A model generated the notes under the pieces. The model made no database searches. It saw nothing but the letters and a program-made list of their open reading frames with translations, and was not told where the DNA came from. This document shows positions 41,068-53,239 of a stretch of 64,000 nt of DNA, piece after piece. The first letter of the stretch is position 1. Every line of letters begins with the position of its first letter. The position numbers and the translations under genes were made by a program. Origin of the DNA: Octopus sinensis (lineage: Eukaryota); the NCBI RefSeq assembly GCF_006345805.1, contig NC_042997.1, positions 67,828,001 to 67,892,000 on the forward strand. Reading direction: 5' to 3'.

Positions 41068-42269
41068 TTTACGAATCAAAAGACTTTTTTTGGTTTTCAC
41101 TGATGAGTTTTGGCAAATAATATCTCCATGTGATATGATTAATTTGATACGACTTGTCATCAAATCGTTGCTGAATTCTTTATTCTTTATTTTCATATAT
41201 AACATATAAACATTAATTGTTTATTCTTCATTTTACAGTTTTGGTAAAGAGTGGTGAAAAAATTTCAATTAGTCATTTTATGCTCCCTGTGGGAAAAAGG
41301 GCTGAGTGCAAGGGCAACAGCAAAAAAAATTAATGATGTGGAAGGTCCAGGAACTTTTAACAAACGTGTGACAAAGAACTGGCTCAGACGTTCCAAAGAC
41401 AAACCAATGGCAGGGAGATCTGTTGTGGACGATCCTTGGCTGAAATGGTTGAACAACAGCTAAGCACAAGCACTCGTACATTGTTGGCAGAACTTGATAC
41501 TTCATAAAGCACCACCAATCGACATCTCCATAAGCTCGGCGTTGTGAATACACGCTGTCGAGAAGTTGCTCATGAACTGACCAATGACCAGGCTCAACGA
41601 TGAACATTTACAGACAACTGCTGGCAAATCCTCGAGATAGCCGCTTTTGGCGTCGAATTGTAACTGGGGATAAAAATAGCTTATTCTCGTAACCCTAGTT
41701 AGAGAAATCAATGGCTTCGTTTCGTACTGGTTTTAGTATCTGTTGTCAAACAAGGACGGTTTGAACAGAAGGTCAGGTTGTGTGAGTGGTGGAATTTCGA
41801 GAGGATGTTGCACTTTGAGCTTATCTCAGATGGTCATGCTGAGAATGCTAACCTTTATCCTCGACAACTGCAGCGGGCTTTCAAAGCCTGCCATGAGGCA
41901 TTGGTCAATCGATGACACGCATGACACACTGCCAATGTGACCAAACGCAATTTTGAAGAACTTGAAGGTCTGTAAGTGCTGTCTCATCCTATCCACAGTC
42001 CAAACCTTGCGAAATGAGATTACCGCGTTTTCTGAGCCATAGCTCATTTCCTCTTGGACGAAGTGACAACAACATAGACGGCTGCAGGACGTTTTTCGCC
42101 TCTTAACTAGCAAAATGGTATAAAGAGAATTGAACTTCTGGCACAACGATGGCAACAGACAGTAGAATATGATGGGATATATTCTGATGAATAAACGCTA
42201 TTCGCATGTAATTTGCTTGAACTATTAATTGAAGTTTGAAATACGAAAAAATCTTTTGACTCAACCTGG
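41068..42269 (+). mobile_element. Near full-length degenerate mariner (DD34D-type)
   Basis: KGLSARATAKKINDVEGPG (HTH); RFWRRIVTGD; KQGRFEQKV; LSHPIHSPNLA; GIELLAQRWQQTVEYDG; right TIR ..tcttttgactcaacctgg|TA; left TIR eroded (gaatcaaaagacttttt). Confidence 0.85.
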
Positions 42270-42273
42270 TATA

Positions 42274-42800
42274 ATGGATCTTATCCATTTCCTTTGCAAT
42301 GTCTGATTTTGTTCAAACTGTCTAGACTTTTTTAATTGACACAAAAAGTGCTGATCCTTTTTAAATATCTAATTGTTCATGGGAATTGATAAGATCTGCA
42401 GATTTTCTTAATAACTCATTGGTATACATCTTGGTAAGAAATCTTCTTTGATCTCGTACAACTTTTAATGCATTTGCCATCTATTTGGTTTTATCGATAT
42501 GGCGTCAAGCTTTTTCTTTTTGTGGTCAACATTTGAAAACTTTTGATGAAAGTTGCTCTTGTTGCAAGAGAAACAAACGTTTAATACCACCAAAGTTTAC
42601 AATGATTCAAAACATTTAATTTAACCATGAAATATATTTTTTAACTATATTTACCAAAATCCGCAATGTAAATAATTAGAGTCGCCAAAATCACCATGTA
42701 ATCACACCTACAATAAATAGGCTTGTATTATTTTGTATACCGTATAACTAAACTTTTCAGAAACCTTACAGTAATCCCACGATCTCCAATGGTTTTTTAT
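42274..42800 (+). pseudogene. Internally deleted paralogue of the signal-peptide/LRR module
   Basis: ATG at 42274 (MDLIHFLCNV*FCSNC) joined almost directly to the GIDKI..LIGIHLGKK block. Confidence 0.5.
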
Positions 42801-44597
42801 GATGATTACACATCAATAATACAATGAAAACTACATTTCAAAGAAAGATTTCCTTTCTATCATAGAAAATACATCAAAAGTGAACAACTAGTAACTTTAC
42901 AAGGCATATGTATTTTCTTCAAAGATACGATCCGTGTAATTAGACGGTTAAGTCAGTTAAATATTTAATGGATAAATGTCTATACCCCCCCCCCTGTATA
43001 TTCAGAAATATTAACTGATGACCAATTTCTTTTATTACATGTCTGAATATACTTCGGTTCCTTTCAGATTGACATCTCAAGAAATATATTTTTAATATTT
43101 TAGCATTTCTCCTAGTGTACATCGACTCATGTGTGTGACCGAAATAATGGAACGTTGTTCTAAGTTAGTCACGTAAATTATTAGCAATGGGAAAAGGTTT
43201 TAGAGAAAGTAGACCGAAATTTTTTTGTGTTGGAGGGGTATTAGTTGATAATGTCGTGTCCAGTACTTCAGTGCTACTTTATCTTATCAACTCCGAAAAT
43301 GTGAAAGGCATAAGTTGGCCCCTGTGATATTTGAATTAAATACCGCGAAGCATTTTATCTGATGCGCTAACGTTCTGCCAGTCCATCAATTGTATCTAAT
43401 AGAGTCAAAATGATTGAATTCTTTTTAGGAAGGTAATAATTGATTAAATCTATTTCGTACTTGACTGGTACTTTATCAACTCCAGTTAGAATAAAGGTGA
43501 GTAAAGGTAGAGTTGACAACAACGGGATCTGAATTCAGAATATAAAGAACCGGAAATATAACCCAAGGTATTTTATCTGCTGTTCAATTCCGCACCCTGA
43601 AAATATGAAGAAATAGTGAAAGATTTGGTAATCAGGATTGTATCCAGTATGGCTAACAGGCCTGCAGCCGTCGTTTAGATTGTATTCAATATGGCTAACA
43701 GATCTGAAGCTGTTGTCTAGACTAACATAAATTACAAGTGACCAGATCTTTGCGACAGCGACCATCCAGTATTTTCCTGGTCATTGTACATCTTGTCCGT
43801 TCTTATTTTATAACATACAAGTGTGTGATTTGGCTACTATATCTAGCAGATCGAACGATTGCATAGAGAGTCCATCATGGGCCCACCTGAGAAAGGGTTC
43901 ATGGGAGGTTGCATATAAAATACAACTCTCCGTGTTATCATTAGTTACGGTCATGTGTACAATGCTGGCTTTCGATCGGCTAAAATAATCCAAACTTTGT
44001 AAAATTAAAAGCTGTTAACTTTTATTTATTAACTGACAGAAAAAAGGAATTTCCTTTTCTTTATTATTATTAATAATAATAAATATTGACACATATTAAC
44101 GGTATATATGATTCCGTTTATATTTCCTTTGTGTAGAGCGCCCTGGAGAAAATCGGGTTAATTGAAAGCAGTTTTATGTATCAGTATTTTAACTTCGTAA
44201 AAGATGTGGCGAGCTGGCAGAAGCTCAAACTTTGCCGAGATTGACTATACCTTTAATCCCCTTGGGGTCGAAAAATAAGTACCAGTTGATCACTCGGGTC
44301 GATGTATTCGACTTACATCCTGCCCCGTAATTGCTGGCCTTGTACCAAAATTTGAGACCAATATTTTTACTTCGTAAAAGGCGGCAAGATGTCAGGGACA
44401 AAAACCCCCCACACTTAGCGGCATTTCGTCTGCCTTTACGTTCTGAGTTCAAATTCCGACAAGGTCGACTTTGCTTTTTATCCTTTTAAGGTCGATAAAA
44501 TAAATACCAATTGAGTTGTAATCAAAATTGTTGGCCTTGTGCCAAAATTTGAAATTAATATTTTTACTTCGAATGTAATTACAATTCACTGCGCAAA

Positions 44598-44631
<34 letters not shown>

Positions 44632-45119
44632 AGCACACAAGCGCACGCGCACGCACTCACATCCCCTTTCTATCTCTCACATGCATACACTTCTTTACAT
44701 TTACTCACTTCGTCGGTTTTCAAGACAGGAAACTTATTGAAATGAGCTGATGTAGTAGCTGTTGCTGTTATTTTAGTTTGTCCCTTGTCAGTCCCGAGTA
44801 AGATGATTACACACACATAAAAAAAAAACGTACACAAACAGGGAAACTCGGCAAGTATATTATTTTTTTACCTTTGTCATAATAGAGCCTAGATCTAGCA
44901 AACAGTTACAAACTCAATATAATCGTTTCATTGACACACATCCATAAACATACACATATAAACACAGATGTATATAAACACATACATTCCATTGTCAGCT
45001 GGAATACTTACACACAGAAGCAGATATATGCATACAGATGCGTACTCGTGAAGAAACTTCAGTTTCATAAACGCTTCATTAAAATGTCCTATATTTTACA
45101 GCCGGAGTCATACGCACAA

Positions 45120-45750
45120 ACACATTGGATGTTATCGTTTTCTTTCATAATGTCCGATTTTATTCAAATTTTCTACTCTGATGCAGATTTGTGTGTTAAT
45201 TTAAAAAATAACATTCATTTTTTACACAAAGGATAAAAATTTACAAACCATTGAAGTTTGAAATTTTAGCCCTCTACCACCACATGAAATTTGAAATTTT
45301 AGCCCTCTACCACCACATGAACTTGTAGAGATACGAGTCAATCGTAGAAGAATGAGCGCAACAGCGATTTTTGTTTACTGACTGAAGGAGACTGAATCGA
45401 TAATAAATACTGGAACTTATTTCCATGAGCTCCAGCGGGATGTAACTGGTACAATCCATTCTGGCTCGATTTGTCAATAATGACGTCTTGATACCACAGT
45501 GTATTTACTTTAAACCGTTTATAAATAATTGATATTCACTAAACATGAAGAAATCACACCTATGATAATTATGCCTTCATTATTAATGAACCCCATACAA
45601 CTAACGTTTTCGGAAAACTTACAGTTGACCTCACAATCTCCAGTCAGTTTTCATGCCGACCACTCACCAATAATATAACTAAGATTACATTTCGAATATA
45701 GTTTCTATTTGTAAGACAGGTAATATCTCAAAACTAATTGAACAGTTACA
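45120..45750 (+). pseudogene. Tandem paralogue of the signal-peptide/LRR module
   Basis: LDVIVFFHNVRFYSNFLL*CRFVC; NLQTI; PPHELVEIRVNRRRMS; two internal deletions relative to the other copies. Confidence 0.58.
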
Positions 45751-46102
45751 GAATCCTTAAACAGCATAAGTATTTTCTTCTTGGATACAATCCAATCAAT
45801 AATTAGTTAACTCTGTTATATTTCTAATGTGTAAAATGTCATGAAAATTGTTAGTTGATGACCAATTTCTTTTACTACATGTCTAAATATATCTTGGCTT
45901 TTAGAGATTAAAACTATCTCACATTAATTTATTATATTCCAGTATTTCTCACACTGTAAATCGACTAATGTGTATGTTAGAAATAGTGTAAAACTGTTGA
46001 TAAATTACATTTGTAATAATTTGCTAGAATTACAAAAGATAAAGGTATGGTGTCTCAGAAATTAATTCATATTTCAGTATCTCACAGACACTGAAATATG
46101 AA

Positions 46103-46644
46103 CTAGCTTAAAAGCTGCACTGAGTGCAGACTTTTAAGCTGGCTCATGCGGTCCAAAACTAAAGGGAGCTAAATAGCATGACTATAATACGTCTGTAATG
46201 ACTATATTCCCCGGTGTTGTTTGATCAGAGGTTAAGGGCAGATGAGAATTAATTCTATAATGCAATCATTCTATTGTTCTAGTCTCAAGTTGAATTCCAA
46301 CTGTTGGAAAATTTGTTCCAAAATTTCTTATCTCGACGTAAAATTAACGAAGCAAATGTCATTTTTCTCCCCCTTGATCTCCGACGTCATCTGACAAACG
46401 CCAACCAATATACCATGAATCAACCAAGCTTTACCTGCTAGAAATTGTAATCCAAATACTTTTAAATCAGACCCCGATTCTGGATATTCAAGAACCAAAT
46501 GAAGGGCAGATTTTCAATCATGGGATCATCCTGATTCCAAAAAGGTATAATATGTCTATGTAGAGCAAATGTAGACTGAGATACAAGGGTCACAGACAGA
46601 CAGACAGACAGACGGACAGAATTTCACTTTTATTAGTAGAGAGA
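46103..46644 (-). mobile_element. Short non-autonomous Helitron-like element
   Basis: Minus 5' end tctctactaataaaagtgaaattctgtccgtctgtctg; 3' hairpin agcttaaaag-tctgcact-c-agtgcag-cttttaagct ending CTAG|T at 46103. Confidence 0.65.
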
Positions 46645-46964
46645 ATATACAGCTGTTGCACATTCTTTATTGTATGCATATTTGATATAAGAGAGATACT
46701 GAAATATGAATTAATTTCTTAGATATTACTTATTTTGCTGTTGTACAATAGGCTAACAAAAAAAAAAAAGGTTGATATAAAAACAGTTAAGTTAGATATT
46801 ATACAGGTACATAGAGTGAAAATTTTTTTTTGTATGAGAAGATTAGTCGATACTTTCGAGCCCAGAACTTAAGTTGTACTTTATTTTGTCGACTATAGAA
46901 GTGTAAAAAGGCAGAGTGTCCCGGTTGTATTTGAACATAGAACTTAGAGAGCTAGAATACATAC

Positions 46965-47165
46965 TGGTTTCAGATTTTAGCACAAGGCCAGCAATTTCGG
47001 GAGAGGAGATTAGTCGATTACATCGATTCCAGTCCTCAGATGTTACTTATTTTAACGGCCCTAGAAGGATGAAAGGCAAAATCGATCTCGGCCGAATTTG
47101 AATTCAGAACATAAAGACAACGAAATGCCGCTAAGCATTTTGCTCGGCGTGCAAATGATTCTGTT
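46965..47165 (-). mobile_element. Family A SINE (flanked by older copies 46820-46935 and 47230-47390)
   Basis: ggatgaaaggcaaaatcgatctcggccgaatttgaattcagaac. Confidence 0.75.
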
Positions 47166-47479
47166 AGATCTCTGACTTCAGCCAGAATAAATATTGTAAA
47201 ATATTTTGTCCGACATTGTAACGCAGTCGGAAAGCATTAGTTGATTAAATGTAAGTCACACTGGACTGTAGCTTTATCCTATCAACCCCTGAGGAAGAGA
47301 AGGCAAAATTGACTTTGGCGTTTGAAATCAGAATGTAAAGACCGTAGAAACATCGCAACGTACTATGTCCGATGCTCTAACGATTTTTACAATCCAGTGA
47401 TCTGCAGACATCGAAATATAACTGAGTAATCAAGGGTGTATCCAAGATGTCTAACACATATGCAACTCTTAGTTAAACA

Positions 47480-47690
47480 AATGCGTATGTCGCTGGCCAT
47501 TCTCCGCGGCAGTACCATCGCAGTCATTACCGGGAGACGCGACTAAGCACACCCATTTGTTCTGCGGTATGTGGCCCATCGTCTCCTCCCCTCCATCTTC
47601 TGCTGCCTTACCTCTCCTTTTTTCTTTCTTTTCGTTTCTTATCTCTTTTAAACCCTATTTCTTTGTTTTAAATGTTATAATAAATAAAGT
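47480..47690 (+). mobile_element. CRE-like non-LTR 3' end fragment
   Basis: RMSLAILRGSTIAVITG (SxAIxRGN-type C-terminal motif) then a pyrimidine-rich UTR and aataaataaa. Confidence 0.5.
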
Positions 47691-47789
47691 CGCTGGTATT
47701 ATAATACGTACACTTACGAAGAAATTTCAGTTAAAATATATTTCAATAAAATTTTCTCAGTCCTATGTCCAAAATCACACACAGAAACA

Positions 47790-49260
47790 ATTATTGGCTC
47801 TTATTCTTATCTGTTACAATGTCAGATTTTGTTCAAATTTTCTTGACTGACATAGTGGGATATATTAATTACGAAAATGTCACAAATTATTTATAAAAAT
47901 TTACAAACTGTCAAAGTTTGGAATTTTAGCCACTCGAAAGTCACTATTATCGGCAATAATAATTTCTATGTAATGATTAAAAAAAAAATGCATTACAAAA
48001 CCTTGAAAGCTAATTTTTTTTTCTGACGAATAAAAAAAATAACCTAAAGAAAATGTTTGAATGAAAATAATAAAAACGAATTAATGAAATAAAATTATTC
48101 TTTATATATGAAATCTTTTATATATAATCCGTTCTGTCTGTCTGTCTGTGTGTGTGTGTGTGACTTCTAGGATTTCGGGCATCCTCCATCCGATTGCGCT
48201 CAAATTGGATATGTAGATACCGACGGTATCAGGGCGTGTATAAGTCTTGAAAAAATTACAAAAATTGATTGCAGGTGAGAATGCGATCGATAAAGCCGTG
48301 GGAAATCGTTTTTCTTTGCAATAGAAAAAAAGTCTATCTTTATTTCTTCTTTTGCTGGTGTCTTAAATTTAGGTTAAATCAGTGTTTCTCAAAGAGGAGG
48401 CCTATGGGAAGGTCGGACAAATTTTGAGAAAATCTTGTTTAAATGTTTGACAACTCAGCACTGTCCATTGGACGGGGGGGGGGGCGTTTTGCTCGTATGT
48501 AATATTTACCAAAAGGAAAGAAAAAAACGTATAGCGTAACATATAGCTACGCTATATGTTTTCGGAAGAGGCCGCAATTTTCATACCTGCGCCATCATAA
48601 TGAATTTGAAATGATAACAGTCTATCGTAAAACGATGAGTGTCGCAGTGCTGATTAATTACTAACTGAAGGAATCTGAATCACTAACAAATTCTAGAACT
48701 TATGTCAATGAATCTCAGAGTGATTTACTGACACAATCCATTCTGGCACGATTCGACGATAATGACGTCTTAATACGATAACGTATTAGCTCGTTTATTT
48801 TTAGCAAAATATAACAACGTTTTTGTTCACGTATCTGTTGTCATGGCAACATCTGATGCTAAACTATGTCAGTCAAGAAAAGCAAAATCTGATGTTAGAA
48901 TTACATATAATATTTGCATTTTTTTTGTCTGTCTTTACGTTCTGAGTTCAAATTTCGCCGATGTCGACTTCGTCTTTCACCCTTCGGGATCGATAAATTA
49001 AGTACCAATTGCGTACCGGGGTCGATCTCAACGGCTGGCCCCCTCCCCCAAAATTTCCGGCCTTGTGCCTAGGGTAGGGAAGAATGTTTGCGTTTTCAAT
49101 ATCTAATTGTTCTTGCAGTAGTTAAAATTTTCTGAATGGTATATATTGTACACATCATAATAAGAATCTTCTTTGAACTCAGGTAACTTTTAATATATAT
49201 TGCCATCTATTTCATTTTATCGATATCACATTTAAGTCTTACATTTTGATTCTGTCCAGT
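47790..49260 (+). pseudogene. Tandem paralogue of the signal-peptide/LRR module, split by insertions
   Basis: LALILICYNVRFCSNFL; module resumes ~48590 (ggcacgattcgacgataatgacgtc) and ~49085 after SINE 48925-49085. Confidence 0.58.
48114..48590 (+). mobile_element. Helitron/DINE-like insertion
   Basis: A|TCttttatatataatccgttctgtctgtctg..., ccgattgcgctcaaattggatatg; hairpin tatagcgta/tacgctata near 48530; absent from the paralogous copies. Confidence 0.5.
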
Positions 49261-49374
49261 GCATTGTGCATGTTAGCAGAATTTCACTGAGACAAATAAA
49301 TAAGTTTAAGTATCTCGGAGCCTTATTTACGACTGATGGGACGTAGGAAGCAAAATCTGATGTTAGAATTACAG

Positions 49375-49780
49375 GTGCCAGTGCTGTAATGTGACAGCTC
49401 CAGCATTCAGAAGAGGAGAGGTTGGTAAAATAGCCAAAAACGCTTTGTTCAATTCAGTTTTCGTGCTTATCCTCACCTACGGTCATCAATATTCGGTAAT
49501 GACGGAAATAGTACATTGCAAATAAAAGGGGCCGAAAGGATTTTTGGGGTAATGTTACTCGACAGGGTGCAGGGTTTGGAGATCAGGAGGAATCTCTCCA
49601 GGTCGAGCTGCTAATTCTTCTCATTGAGAGATCACAATAAAGAATCGCTAGACGACTTCTTCAAGCCGAGTTAACCAGCAAGAGACTTTGGGGTAGAGAA
49701 AGAACGAGATGATCGAATAGTTTCCATAGTATCAGCTGGTTATGCTTGGGAGTCTAACCAGAAAGGGTAGTGACAATTAC
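49375..49780 (+). mobile_element. RTE-clade LINE 3' fragment
   Basis: ALFNSVFVLILTYGHQ; VMLLDRV; EIRR; LQVELL; IERSQ. Confidence 0.65.
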
Positions 49781-49789
49781 TTCTGATAG

Positions 49790-50020
49790 GACCCTATATA
49801 GACTCATAAGGCTGACTTCCCGGTTTGTGTGGCATATAAGTTCCACACCTGGATGGGACGCTGGTCCGCTGCAGTGTTCCTCATTTTCACCAGCTGAGTG
49901 GACTGGAGCAACGCGAGATGAAGTGTTTTGCTCAAGAACACAACGCGTCACCCGGCCCAAGAATCGAAACCATAATGTTACGATCATGATGCCAACGCTC
50001 TAACCACTAAGCAATGCACC
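49790..50020 (-). mobile_element. tRNA-headed CORE-like SINE (tail type a)
   Basis: Minus head ggtgcattgcttagtggttagagcgttggc; shared central block. Confidence 0.8.
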
Positions 50021-50044
50021 TACACTCATGAACAGTTAAAGATT

Positions 50045-51650
50045 CGAATTTTAGCCATTCAGAAGTCTCTATTATACAACACACAAGAAGTCACAATTTC
50101 CATTTGTTGACAGAAACTGAAAATATTTGGAAAATTTAGGAATTGTTTTAGATAAATTGAATTTTATGAAAAAACATAACAAAGCCCATATAAAAAAAGA
50201 AAAAAATTATGAAATAAAATGAAAATGTTATAGAACTTTAAATATGAATATAAAAATAGAATGAAAAGTTCAGAAATGAAAGAAAGAAAGAAAGAAAAGA
50301 TGTCAATAGCAATGAAATTGTGTTATGCATCCAAACTGCTTTTGCAAGCGTCGTAATTTTCGTGCCTCCACCACCACATGAACTTGTAGAGATAAGAGTC
50401 GATCGTAGAACGATGATTGTTAAAACGCTGTATATTTACTGGTTTAGGAAGTCTACATTGAAAATAAATACTGGAACTTATTTAAATGAACATCAAGGAG
50501 AAGTAAATGACAATCAATTCTGGTATGATTTGACGATAATGACGTGTTAATATTGCGATGCGATATCTTGTTCTCTTCAGCAAAATACAACGGTCTGATC
50601 AGGTGTCTGTCGTCATGACAACAAACAGTTGTTGCTTACAGTTAACTGTAAAATATCTATGATATGTAATATTTGCCTTAGTGAAGTCTTCTATATTTTA
50701 TTAAAGGAAAAAAGATATTAAAGTTTAAAGAGTTAATACGTTTTTAATATCTGATTGTTCGTGGAATAGATAAGATTTCCTAAGTTTTCCTAATATCTCT
50801 TATACATCTTGGTAAGAAATCTTCCTTTAACTCACATAACTTTTAATACATTTTGTCTTCTATTTTGTTTTATCGATATTGCATTAAGTATTACATTAGA
50901 AAACTTTTAATGATGGTTACTCTTTTTCAATTGAAAGAAACACTTAATCCAACTAAAGTTTACAATGATTCAAAATAGAAAGATGTAATTAAACCAAGAC
51001 ATGTTTGGACAAAATATTTTTACCAAAAACCGTTTTATAAATAATTGATACTCACCAAAGACATCAAGAAATCATACCTTTGATAATTATGCTAATAATA
51101 TTTATTAAGACCAAGGCGGTGAGCTGGCAGAAACGTTAGCACGCCGGGCGAAATACTTAGTGGTATTTCGTCTGCCGCTACGTTCTGAGTTCAAATTTCG
51201 CCGAGGTCGACTTTGCCTTTCATCCTTTCGGGGTCGATTAAATAAGTACCAGTTACGCATTGGGGTCGATATAATCGACTTAATCCGTTTGTCTGTCCTT
51301 GTTTGTCCTCTCTGTGTTTGGCCCATTGTGGGAAGTAAAGAAATAGGTATTTCGTCTGTCTTTACGTTCTGAGTTCAAGTTCCGCCGAGGTAGACTTTTC
51401 CTTTCGGAGTCGATAAATTAAGTACCAGTTGCGTACTGAAGTCGATCTAGTCAACTGGCCCCTCCCCCATAATTTCAGGCCTTGTGCCCTGAGTAGAAAA
51501 AGATATTTATTAACGCCATACAGACAAACTTTTCTGAAATTTTGCAATCTCCCATCACTGTTCATGTCAGCCACACACTAATAATATAACTAAGACTTCA
51601 TCTCAAAGACAAAACAACTGCTGATTCGTTAAAAAGATTTTGTATTTTCT
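50045..51650 (+). pseudogene. Tandem paralogue of the LRR module
   Basis: PPPHELVEIRVDRRTM then (frameshift) IFTGLGSLH*K*ILELI; tatacatcttggtaag block at ~50800; interrupted by the SINE dimer. Confidence 0.62.
51115..51502 (+). mobile_element. Family A SINE dimer with apparent TSD
   Basis: Long unit to 51346, second unit from gtatttcg at 51347; atatttattaa(g/c)(a/g)cc on both flanks. Confidence 0.85.
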
Positions 51651-51714
51651 TGTTAGATACACTCCACGGGTAATTAGAGAGGTCAATCAAATATTTAATG
51701 TATATATAAAAAAA

Positions 51715-51970
51715 AAACTGTGTATTCCTGCGTTCTCGGCCCTTGGACCATATTCATGCTCAACGCTTTTGGGGCAGAGATGGCTATCCGCAGGTGCGAT
51801 TTCCGTGAGCCAAAGTGACAGTTCTGGCTATCCCCTTCGCCATCCTTCGGGGCAACACCTTTTCCATTCTGTTTGCTGGGATCATGAGGCGGCCTGAATT
51901 ACAGGAAATCAAGAGAATGTAAGAATTTCGTAGCCTACTACACGAACAATAAACTAATACTAAACTAATA
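51715..51970 (+). mobile_element. CRE-like non-LTR 3' end fragment
   Basis: FAILRGNTFSILFAG; A-rich tail aataaactaatactaaactaataaa. Confidence 0.55.
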
Positions 51971-52524
51971 AAACTCCTCACGCATAGATTCATTTAACAG
52001 ATCCCAAATTCCTAACTAAATGGTGCTGATAAGATCCAAGGAGCTTGTAATAACAGCTGTATGCGGGTGATAAGGATCAGACCCGTCGCCAGATTTTGGT
52101 GCCAGTGAGTGCATCAGAATGTTCTTTGTATTGCAAAAAGATTTTTGTGAACTGTATTTTCTAAATCTGAAGGTGCACCATTGAATCGAGAGGGGGCGTG
52201 ATAAGGATTCTGATGTGTCAGGTAAAATAATAATTGGTGGTCAATTATTTTCTACATATCAATATTGACTTTTACAGATTGTCATTATCTCAGCTATTAA
52301 ACTTTTATAGTTTAGTATTTCTCAAACTGTACATCAAGTAATGTGTATGACAGAAATTGTGTAAAACTACGCCAAAATTGATTTATAACCATTCACTAGA
52401 ATTACAAAAAGTGTAGGGTAGTGAAATCTTAGAAATTAATTTACATTTCAATATTTCACTTATAACGAATATGCATTATAATTCAGTATTGAGTATTTTT
52501 ATTATTAAAGTATGTATGTTAGAA

Positions 52525-52735
52525 GGCGGTGAGCTAGCAGAATTGTTACCGCATCGGCCAAAATTTTTAGCGATATTTCTTCTGACTTTTTTTTACTGAT
52601 TTCAGTAACTGCCGTAGTTATCTTTGTCTTTCATTCTTTCAGAGTCAATAAAATAAGTATCAGCCAAATACTGGGGTGGATGTAATCGACTAATCTCTGC
52701 CCTGAAATTGCTGGCCTCGAGCCAAAATTTGAATG
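52525..52735 (+). mobile_element. Old family A SINE
   Basis: ggcggtgagctagcagaattgtta head; gggtggatgtaatcgactaa. Confidence 0.7.
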
Positions 52736-53239
52736 GGTGTAGGTGGTGAGTTTTGCCTAACAACATTGGTGGTGACGGCAAACATAATGATTACGCATTA
52801 GGGTTATTTAGATGGTCGCTGGGCAAGCTAGGAAGAGCAACCAAATTTTACATTTACTTACACTATTTCGTCTGCAATCGTGTTGTTTGTAAACATTTAT
52901 AATGTAATTGTGGTTTCATATATGTGTGTGCATATCATCATTCATTTAACTTTTACTTTTCCATATTTGCATGAGTCGAAAGGAATTCGTTGAGGCAGGT
53001 GTTCTGCAGCCGAAAGCCCTTCCTGTTTCTAAGTTAAACGATCTTTCTCCATGGCCAGGCATATTTTCACGGGAGACTGGAAACGCCCATTTACAACTAT
53101 CATACGATTTGTAAATAACGAGACGCAAACACACATACACATGCACACACACATATGTGTATGCTTTTTGTAAAGGTGAGATTTTGTAAAGAAAGTCAAA
53201 ATGTTAAAATTTAACGCCGGAATGAGAAGGGGGAAAATG

